Origin: Candidatus Thorarchaeota archaeon
GTDB taxonomy: Archaea > Asgardarchaeota > Heimdallarchaeia > Hodarchaeales > Hodarchaeaceae
Reading direction: 5' to 3'
Assembly (NCBI GenBank): GCA_048882505.1
Contig: JBHLRO010000009.1
Span: 90,001-122,000 of the forward strand
Length of the DNA: 32,000 nucleotides
Shown here: in pieces, positions 1 to 7,358 of the stretch
How the letters are laid out: every line of letters begins with the position of its first letter
Numbering within the stretch: position 1 is the stretch's first letter
The notes under the pieces: generated by a model
What the model was told of the DNA's origin: nothing
What the model saw: the letters and a program-made list of their open reading frames with translations, nothing else
The model's database searches: none
Made by a program: the position numbers and the translations under genes

Positions 1-314
1 ATCCCCAGCTGAATATTGATTTAACGTCTAGCGTCAGCGGTTTGTATTTTAGGGGATTCTAGTTTAATTCCTGCCCAAATTTTACCTTTCAAAATCCGTA
101 ATATTGGGGAGGTGAAAAATTATTTCCTCTATGGTAACGAGAAATATATTAGATACCGAAAACCATCAGTATCTGTTTTTGGAGAAAAAATCCTCTCTCA
201 AATCTAGGGAATATTGACAGTAGAAAAAAGAAACATCAGTTTTCTTAAAGGTAATTTCAAATTCTTTGTCAGGTCTCCCTTTACATAGTCCAGGTTATCT
301 ATTCATTAACGATA

Positions 315-1664
315 ATGTGGAGTTCACCCCAACAATGGGTTGACAAGATGTACGAGAATGAACGATACGATGTAATAATATGTGGAGCTGGCGTGGCTGG
401 ATCTGCCACCGCAATACGGCTCATGCAAAAAAATCCCGAATTAAAGGTAGCATTAATAGATCGTGGAGACCCGATTGGATCAAAAAACGTATCAGGAGGG
501 GTTTTATGGGGATCCGCTCTTGAGGAAATCATTCCCGAATGGTGGACCAAGGCCCCCATCGAACGACGGATAATTCAGAAACGAACAGGACTTCTTACAA
601 AAACAGATGCCTTAACCGTGGATTTTCATTATCCGAATTGGAGGTCAAATCCTGATGGATCTCCAAACGCTGTTAGTCTTCTTTTGGGAAAATTCGTGCA
701 TTGGTTGGCTGAAGAAGCGGAAAGAAGCGGTGCCCACGTTTACAGTGGAATTACCGTTGATGATTTATCACGAGACCCAGAAGGGCGTATTAATGGAATT
801 TACCAAGCAGATGATTTCTTTGAATGCGATGTGGTGGTAATTGCCGATGGTGCGAATTCTCGTCTAGCGTTGTCCTCTGGCCTCTGTAAAGAAATGAAAA
901 AAGAACATTACGGGTTGGCGGTAAAAGAGATTTTAAGCCTCTCCGCAAAGACTATTAATGATCGATTTAATAATCTAACCGCTACAACAGGTCTAGCAGC
1001 GGAATACGTCATAGGAGGGCTCCCCAATGGTATCCGTGCTGGTGGATTTCTCTACACGAATGAGGAGACATTATCATTAGGAGTGATCATTCAGATTGAC
1101 ACGTTAACCGATCCGGAGTTTCCTCCAGTAAAGGTATACGAAACTTTCAAACAACATCCTCATATTCGAAATTTGGTTGAAGGCGCCGAACTTCTGCAGT
1201 ATTCCTCTCATTGGGTACCAGAGGGAGGGATTCATATGGTTCCCCAACTTTTCGATGATCACGTATTGGTTGTTGGAGACGCAGCGGGTCTCGTTCTATC
1301 AAATGGTATGATAATTCAGGGGATCAATTATGCGATAGAAAGCGGAATAATGGCTGCTGATACGATTCATGACGCCTATAGAAAACGCGATTTCTCTCGA
1401 GCGACTCTTAAACAATATGAACGGAAACTTGATAAATCGGTACTAAAGGATCTAAAGAATTTCAAGAATGTTCACAAAATTACCCGAAATCCTCGTCTTT
1501 ACGACCAATATCCCGATATTTTCCTTGAAATGTTTCATGAAATGCTCACAGAGCGGAGGAAACCTAAAAAACATCTTATAACACTATTTCGAAACGCAAA
1601 AAAGACTCAGAAAGTCGGATGGTTACGTCTGATCCGTGATGGATTAACCTTAAGACACTTTTAG
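315..1664 (+). CDS. fixC: FixC/EtfC-type FAD-dependent oxidoreductase (ETF:quinone oxidoreductase flavoprotein subunit)
   Basis: GAGVAGSA Rossmann motif, GSKNVSGG, APIER, ADGANS, GGFLYTN and VVGDAAG motifs. Adjacent to a FixX-like ferredoxin and an ETF pair. The start could be ATG 315 or ATG 348. Confidence 0.9.
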   Translation: MWSSPQQWVDKMYENERYDVIICGAGVAGSATAIRLMQKNPELKVALIDRGDPIGSKNVSGGVLWGSALEEIIPEWWTKAPIERRIIQKRTGLLTKTDALTVDFHYPNWRSNPDGSPNAVSLLLGKFVHWLAEEAERSGAHVYSGITVDDLSRDPEGRINGIYQADDFFECDVVVIADGANSRLALSSGLCKEMKKEHYGLAVKEILSLSAKTINDRFNNLTATTGLAAEYVIGGLPNGIRAGGFLYTNEETLSLGVIIQIDTLTDPEFPPVKVYETFKQHPHIRNLVEGAELLQYSSHWVPEGGIHMVPQLFDDHVLVVGDAAGLVLSNGMIIQGINYAIESGIMAADTIHDAYRKRDFSRATLKQYERKLDKSVLKDLKNFKNVHKITRNPRLYDQYPDIFLEMFHEMLTERRKPKKHLITLFRNAKKTQKVGWLRLIRDGLTLRHF

Positions 1665-1689
1665 CCATTCTCGATGGAGATGACAAGAT

Positions 1690-1977
1690 TTGGCAGAAGA
1701 AGTCAAAGTTCAGGATAAACTGGGTTCGGTACCTTATGTAACAGATTCTGAAGAAAACGCACACATAACTGTGCAACCGGATATTTGCAGAAAGTGTCCT
1801 CATCACCTCTGTATTGCAGGATGTCCTGCTGGTTGCTTTACCTTTATCGATGGAGAGATGGTATTTCGCTATGAAGACTGCGTAGAATGTGGTACATGCT
1901 TTCTTCAATGTGACCAGGGATCAGTCACTTGGAATAACCCTCGTGGCAGTTTCGGTGTGAAATATTATACTGGGTAG
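1690..1977 (+). CDS. fixX: FixX/EtfX ferredoxin-like protein
   Basis: CRKC...CIAGCPAGCF and YEDCVECGTC...C, ending W.NPRGSFGVKY. TTG start lies 6 nt after GGAGATGA (1676-1683). Confidence 0.9.
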   Translation: MAEEVKVQDKLGSVPYVTDSEENAHITVQPDICRKCPHHLCIAGCPAGCFTFIDGEMVFRYEDCVECGTCFLQCDQGSVTWNNPRGSFGVKYYTG

Positions 1978-1978
1978 A

Positions 1979-2788
1979 ATGGAGTCAACAATGAACATTC
2001 TTGTTTTGATTAAACAGGTACCCCTCCCGAAAGAGATGAAAACGACTCAGGAGGGATTCATGGCTCGGACGGGTGTTCGTTCGATCATGAATCCTTACTG
2101 TAAGCACGCTTTAGAAGAAGCTTTACGGTTTAGAGAACAAACAGGAGGAAAATGTACAGTTTTGGCAATGGGACCACCCAGTTTTGAGCAAAGCCTAAAG
2201 GAAGCCTTGTCCATGGGAGCGGACGACGCCTATCTCTTAACTGACCGTCGTCTTGCTGGTTCTGACACGATGGCGACCGCCCAAGCCCTCTCAAGGGCCA
2301 TTAAATCCATTGAACAAAAGTTTGATATCGTATTTGCCGGGATACAAACTATTGATGGCGATACAGGACATGTAGGACCGCAAGTCGCTGAACGTATTGG
2401 ATACCCTCAAATAACATACGCCGATCAGGTTATAGATAAAGGAGGAACCATCCAAGTCAGGAGGATCACGGAGCATGGCTTTGAGATCGTAGAGTCAGGC
2501 TATCCCATCCTCGTGACTGTGACCAAGTATGCGAACGTTCCTAGGGGCCCTCGTCTTAAACATGCTATTAGAGCACGAAATTACGATATCAAGACGCTAA
2601 ACATAGATGATATAGGTCTTAGCGAAGAAGATGCTGGAATAACTGGTTCTCCAACCATTGTTTCGAAAGTAAGAAATGTTGACTTCGATAGGCCCCCGTG
2701 TCATCTGCTAGATGGAAATACGGCAGAGGAAAAAGTAGATAGATTGATTGAATTCCTAAAGCTAAACCCTCACAGGGAGGTCGCTTGA
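1979..2788 (+). CDS. fixA: Electron transfer flavoprotein beta subunit (FixA/EtfB)
   Basis: LIKQVP, MNPYC..ALEEAL, MGADDAYLLTDRRLAGSDT, QTIDGDTGHVGPQVAE and GSPTIV motifs. ATG 1991 is an alternative start. Confidence 0.9.
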   Translation: MESTMNILVLIKQVPLPKEMKTTQEGFMARTGVRSIMNPYCKHALEEALRFREQTGGKCTVLAMGPPSFEQSLKEALSMGADDAYLLTDRRLAGSDTMATAQALSRAIKSIEQKFDIVFAGIQTIDGDTGHVGPQVAERIGYPQITYADQVIDKGGTIQVRRITEHGFEIVESGYPILVTVTKYANVPRGPRLKHAIRARNYDIKTLNIDDIGLSEEDAGITGSPTIVSKVRNVDFDRPPCHLLDGNTAEEKVDRLIEFLKLNPHREVA

Positions 2789-2789
2789 C

Positions 2790-3908
2790 CTGGAAACAAC
2801 AGAGGATTATGAAATCGTTAATCTTGGAACCCAGGTGGATGGAGTTTTTACCTTTGTAGAAACCACACGCCAAGGAGAAATCGAACCGGTCTCATATGAA
2901 ATCCTTGCCATCGGACGTACGCTAGCGGATAAATTGGGAACCTTGGTTACTGCAGTCCATTTAGGAGCCGATTTCGAGAGACTAAAGGCTCAAGCGGCAA
3001 CTTTGGCGACCTACGGTGCCGATCGGGTCATTCTTGTTGCGGATAGCCAACTTAATTCGCAAGCCTACCCTACTTTACCCTACACGAGGGCTCTAACCCA
3101 GCTTATCATTCACTATAAGCCAGAAATATTCTTATTTGGTGCCACAACCACTGGGCGGGACCTTGCCCCAAGAGTGGCGGCACGATGTAATGCAGGACTC
3201 TCTGCTGATTGCACCGCGTTCGATATTGGCGACTACTTATACAAAAAAGAGAAGAAGCTATACAAAAAGCTAGCAAATTTCATTCGTCCCTCCTTTGCTG
3301 AGGCGAAACTGGCCACCATCTTGGGTAATCCAAGAAAATTCACGTATCCCCAAATGGGAACAGCACGACCGGGAGCATTTACTCCCCTAACCCCAGATCC
3401 ATCACGTTCACCAAAAATAGAACAGTTCGCTGTTTCATTCCAGTCAGGGGATTTAGATGTTACTATTCGAGAAATAATCCCAACAACGAAGGATTTTGTA
3501 GATTTTGACCGAGCTCAGATAATAGTATCTGGAGGATCCGGAGTCACCAGAGAAGATTTCTCCGGACTGTTGCCGGAACTGGTTCAAGCCATTAATACGA
3601 ATGGTCAGTCCTGCGAACTTGGCGCTAGTCGTCGTGCGGTTGAAGAAGGTAAAATTTCCAGACCCCACCAGGTTGGGCAAACAGGCCGTACTGTTAGACC
3701 TGATTACTATATTGCCATCGGGATTTCTGGAGCAATCCAACATATTGAGGGTATGAAGAACGCCAAACGCATCATCGCAATTAACAAGAATCCTGATGCT
3801 CGAATTTTTAGTTTTGCTGATGTTGGAATAATAGACGATTATCAGAACGTTATCCCCCCTTTTCTACAAAGAATCAAGGATGGATTTCGATTTCCTGAAG
3901 TTCCCTAA
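2790..3908 (+). CDS. fixB: Electron transfer flavoprotein alpha subunit (FixB/EtfA)
   Basis: GRDLAPRVA, GLSADCT, SGGSG, GASRRAV, QVGQTG, YIAIGISGAIQH and AINKNPDARIF motifs. The frame is open upstream of the track's GTG 2835; CTG 2790 has the best SD spacing (inferred start). Confidence 0.88.
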   Translation: METTEDYEIVNLGTQVDGVFTFVETTRQGEIEPVSYEILAIGRTLADKLGTLVTAVHLGADFERLKAQAATLATYGADRVILVADSQLNSQAYPTLPYTRALTQLIIHYKPEIFLFGATTTGRDLAPRVAARCNAGLSADCTAFDIGDYLYKKEKKLYKKLANFIRPSFAEAKLATILGNPRKFTYPQMGTARPGAFTPLTPDPSRSPKIEQFAVSFQSGDLDVTIREIIPTTKDFVDFDRAQIIVSGGSGVTREDFSGLLPELVQAINTNGQSCELGASRRAVEEGKISRPHQVGQTGRTVRPDYYIAIGISGAIQHIEGMKNAKRIIAINKNPDARIFSFADVGIIDDYQNVIPPFLQRIKDGFRFPEVP

Positions 3909-3974
3909 GAAGAAAATGCAAAAAGGAAAAAACAGAGTTTTTAAGATACTCTAAGGACAAGGATACGTATAAAG

Positions 3975-4211
3975 ATGAACGCTGACACTATTAACTTGGA
4001 TGTCCGAACTCTACATGAAGACGCCAAATGCAGGGCAACCATTTTTGAGAATTGGGAGAAAATTAAGCCAGGACAAACCTTAAGGATCACGAATAGCCAC
4101 GATCCCCAACCTCTCAAGGGGAGATTTGAAAGAATCTTTACAAATCAGTTTAGTTGGGAATACGAACTCCGTGGTCCCGAGATTTGGATTATTCGAATTA
4201 CTAAACGCTAA
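3975..4211 (+). CDS. DUF2249-domain small protein
   Basis: LDVR.L.....IF..W..IKPGQTLRITNSHDPQPL...F...FSWEY...GPEIW.IRITK matches the DUF2249 pattern. Confidence 0.8.
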   Translation: MNADTINLDVRTLHEDAKCRATIFENWEKIKPGQTLRITNSHDPQPLKGRFERIFTNQFSWEYELRGPEIWIIRITKR

Positions 4212-4233
4212 TCCAAATCAGATCTTTGAAGTC

Positions 4234-5406
4234 TTACGGTCGTTCCCAAGGGAAATAGGAATATTTCTGCACCGCTTCTAACATAGAAAGAGCAAATCCC
4301 AGTAGAACGAGCATTGCTGGCCATCCTGAAGTTTCAGCTAAAAATTTTACCTCTGGAATCCAGTTGAGGCCTAAATTTCCTATGATTCTCAGAATTAGCG
4401 CCCCCCAGAGGAGAACAGGCCAAATCAGTCCGCCGCGAAGCTTTTGAATCGGGGCCTTTCCGATTAATCCCGGAAAAATGAGTGGAGCGTGCCCAATGAC
4501 CATAGAGAGTATAAATCCGATAGTAATTGAATGTAGGGCCGAATCATATATCCCAACAAGCGGAAGAGATACACTATATGCCCCTAGAAGTAGGAGTCCA
4601 AAACCTAACCAAGAATAGGCTCCTCTAAGAATCCACCGCTGATAATTCCTAATCCATGTTGAACCCTGGATTGAAGTTAATCCCGTATCAAATACGATTA
4701 AAAAGACAAGGATGAGGGTCATCATCCCCAAAAAGACTTGAAACATTAGGGTAGATGCAAAAATCAAGTCTCCAAATGCAACAAATGGTAAAACTATTCC
4801 TCCTCCAACAACAACTCTGAACACTATATTTGGTACACTCCCAAGATCCAAACGCTCTCCAAGAACTATTAAAACCAAGTACAAAACTAGGTACAGATAA
4901 AGCCTATGCAGATTCCAGTTTAGAATGAGTAAAAGTGCCATACCACCCAGAAGGAAAGAAGCAAGAATGAGGAAACTGGAACTACCCCGTGACTGAGGAA
5001 TCGTTCGGAAGACCCATGACTGAGCCCAAATCATAAAAAATAATCCAATTAATGTCCAAAACCACCCTAGATACCAGAGGATTGAATTTTGACCGTTTAT
5101 CCATAGTGGCAGTAGATTAAGAAGAAAGCATGCTGCGCTCAGACCTGGAGGGACTATCAGGAACTCCGATGTCCATCGACCTGGATGTTCAATGGAACCA
5201 CGTGCCTCCCATCGCTCCAAGTAGATTACAAGATTAAAAAAACCGAGTATAATTATTTCGGGATGTGCTACGAAGACGGAAACCGTTAGATATGGGGGAA
5301 GAGGAATCGATGGAAATCCAAGACGAAGTACTCCAATCAAAATGCCAGTTACGGCGGACAGCATTGCCAGAAATAACGCAGGATACCGAAACTGAGTGAT
5401 TATCAT
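4234..5406 (-). CDS. Polytopic membrane protein, NnrS-like
   Basis: About 11-12 hydrophobic segments. H...LGFF.LVIYLER and LHSITIGFILSMVIGHAP motifs contain membrane-embedded His residues. Adjacent to DUF2249. Confidence 0.55.
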   Translation of the reverse strand: MIITQFRYPALFLAMLSAVTGILIGVLRLGFPSIPLPPYLTVSVFVAHPEIIILGFFNLVIYLERWEARGSIEHPGRWTSEFLIVPPGLSAACFLLNLLPLWINGQNSILWYLGWFWTLIGLFFMIWAQSWVFRTIPQSRGSSSFLILASFLLGGMALLLILNWNLHRLYLYLVLYLVLIVLGERLDLGSVPNIVFRVVVGGGIVLPFVAFGDLIFASTLMFQVFLGMMTLILVFLIVFDTGLTSIQGSTWIRNYQRWILRGAYSWLGFGLLLLGAYSVSLPLVGIYDSALHSITIGFILSMVIGHAPLIFPGLIGKAPIQKLRGGLIWPVLLWGALILRIIGNLGLNWIPEVKFLAETSGWPAMLVLLGFALSMLEAVQKYSYFPWERP

Positions 5407-5500
5407 ACTAGACTTCCGAATGCGCCCTGTTTTATCATCTATCGTGTTTGGTATGAAGTGTGCCTACAAATATTTGACTGGTGAGTCCATCGATCCCTAA

Positions 5501-6196
5501 TTAGGCGTCTGCGGTTTCCTGAATTAACTGTACAACCTGACCAACAACAAGATCAATGGTCCAATCTACAGAAGTATGTTTAGCCCTAACGTGACCGGAT
5601 CCATCAATGATAGATAATCCCATGTTATGTACCATAATTGTGTGATTCTCATGGCGAGTGTTATGAATTTCAGTAAGAGTAGAACCCCAATCTGCTGCAG
5701 ACACTAGATTGCTTGTAACATTAGGATATCCCGCAAAAATACCGTAAGCACTTGTAACGTGTTCAATCTGACTTTCGTTTCCCCATAAAAAGGACCATAC
5801 AGAAGGATCAGCGCCATATTTCTGGGAATAATTCTTCATATCATCTAAACCATCATTCAGCCAGTCGAAAGAAATCGAAAGTAAATGGAAATCAAGGCCA
5901 GTAAACCCCTTATCTAAGAGGGCAGACTGAACACCTTTTAGCATTGAAGAACTAAGCGGGCACTTAGTCAAATCAGGACAGTTTGTATATATGAAGTCTA
6001 CTACTACTACCCGTTCTCCGCTATTATAAGTTGCGAGTGTCACAGCTTCGTTGTTCTCATCCTTAAGGGTAAAATCAGGGGCAAGACCGAAGTCTGCTAA
6101 TGGTTCTTTATAGGTCAAAATCATAAAAAGCGTTCCCGAAATCAATATTAGTGCTATCACTCCAATACCCAGAGTAAGCGTTCTATATGAGACCAT
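5501..6196 (-). CDS. SCO1/SenC family copper chaperone
   Basis: N-terminal TM helix, APDFTLKDEN, DFIYTNCPDLTKCP, LLSISFD, WSFLWG and a distal His (MVHNMG). Confidence 0.85.
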   Translation of the reverse strand: MVSYRTLTLGIGVIALILISGTLFMILTYKEPLADFGLAPDFTLKDENNEAVTLATYNSGERVVVVDFIYTNCPDLTKCPLSSSMLKGVQSALLDKGFTGLDFHLLSISFDWLNDGLDDMKNYSQKYGADPSVWSFLWGNESQIEHVTSAYGIFAGYPNVTSNLVSAADWGSTLTEIHNTRHENHTIMVHNMGLSIIDGSGHVRAKHTSVDWTIDLVVGQVVQLIQETADA

Positions 6197-6433
6197 CCTG
6201 GTTATACCTTCTCATATAACGACTGCTATTTCTTATTTTAACCGCTTGCATACGAATGTACTAAAGATCGGTTGGAAGTGTTTGCAGATCAATACTTCAG
6301 CCAAAATACCCCAGATACTAATATCCGTCCGGTTTCAATATAGACCGATCAGTACCAATTAATGATTTTGTCAAACGCATTGGGCCTATGGATCGGATTT
6401 ACCGGAAACCTTGGTTGAATATTCACGATGCGA

Positions 6434-7129
6434 CTATCGCGTACGGCTGATTTTTCTTAAATATATGTGATCAGTCACATCATGTTCTAGAGCGATCACC
6501 ATTTCATCTACTTTCACGACACTTCCAGGTGATTTATGTAGGATATCAATTCTCCTCCCTGGAATTAAACCGAAATCCATCAGCTTCTTTAATCGACGGT
6601 ACTTGGTGGTCGCAATGTATGCCACAACAGCGCTATGGCCAGGTTCTACCTCGGTTAGCGGAAGTATAGCAGGCTGAGCAGTTTTCTTATGGTTTTTGCA
6701 ACAGACACCTTCAGGTATTGAACGCTGGTGAGGACAGACAGTAGGGTGCCCGAGGAGTGTACACACCTGTGTTTCAACGTCCGCCTTCAGTACATGTTCC
6801 CAAGAACATGCAGTAGATTCAATTTGATTCGAAGGAAGGCTGAGAATATCAGCGAGCATTCTTTCCGCCAATCGGTGTCTTCGGACTGCTTTTCGACCCT
6901 TAAGCCGTCCTTGGGAGGTAAGACTGATGAGACCACCAGGATGTATCCTCAGAATATCCCCTTTTTTCAGCAGATCATCAAGTATTAGCTCAACATTTAG
7001 ATTGTGATCTTTAACATTCTCTTTTAGGGTCTCAATACCGATTGATCCATTACCTGCCGTCTCTTCTTTGAAAACCAACCAAAGGTGTTCCAAGAGTTCC
7101 TCTTCATGTTGTATTGATGACTCACTCAG
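6434..7129 (-). CDS. DtxR/MntR-family metal-dependent transcriptional regulator with a C-terminal FeoA (SH3-like) domain
   Basis: EEELLEHLW, LTSQGR, RRHRLAERML, ACSWEH and LGHPTVCPH motifs, followed by FeoA-like PLTEV.PG...RLKKLMDFGLIPG. Start inferred at CTG 7129 (GGTGA at 7139-7135) or GTG 7138. The track's extension to 7309 overlaps another gene. Confidence 0.88.
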   Translation of the reverse strand: MSESSIQHEEELLEHLWLVFKEETAGNGSIGIETLKENVKDHNLNVELILDDLLKKGDILRIHPGGLISLTSQGRLKGRKAVRRHRLAERMLADILSLPSNQIESTACSWEHVLKADVETQVCTLLGHPTVCPHQRSIPEGVCCKNHKKTAQPAILPLTEVEPGHSAVVAYIATTKYRRLKKLMDFGLIPGRRIDILHKSPGSVVKVDEMVIALEHDVTDHIYLRKISRTR

Positions 7130-7358
7130 ATTGGTCACCCATGTTTGTTTTAACGATTGCAGACTTGATTTTTCTGTAAAACTTCCCAAGTGTCGTCTGG
7201 TGGTGCGGAAAAGAGTAACCGCAATTAGGGCACCTAATAAGATCGCATGATAAGAGACAAGAAGAACAAAGCGTATTGCACTCTTCATTAGGTGAGAATG
7301 TATACCCACACAGGCTACATTGAATATTTAACTTGCCATTTTTGCCAGGAATAATTAT
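7122..7358 (-). CDS. Small 8-Cys protein (78 aa) between feoB and the DtxR gene; FeoC-like or Zn/Fe-S-binding candidate; absent from the ORF track
   Basis: Hand translation: (M)IIPGKNGKLNIQCSLCGYTFSPNEECNTLCSSCLLSCDLIRCPNCGYSFPHHQTTLGKFYRKIKSAIVKTNMGDQSE*. It has two CxxCGYxF motifs. GGAGGTG (7372-7366) precedes ATA 7358, which overlaps the feoB TAA stop. Confidence 0.8.
   Translation of the reverse strand: MIIPGKNGKLNIQCSLCGYTFSPNEECNTLCSSCLLSCDLIRCPNCGYSFPHHQTTLGKFYRKIKSAIVKTNMGDQSE

Noticed and set aside
7130-7309. Apparent N-terminal TM anchor on the DtxR regulator in the ORF track
   Set aside because: This is an alternative-frame reading of the Cys-rich gene (Cys codons shift to Val/Leu/Ala). 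An SD-supported start exists at 7129.
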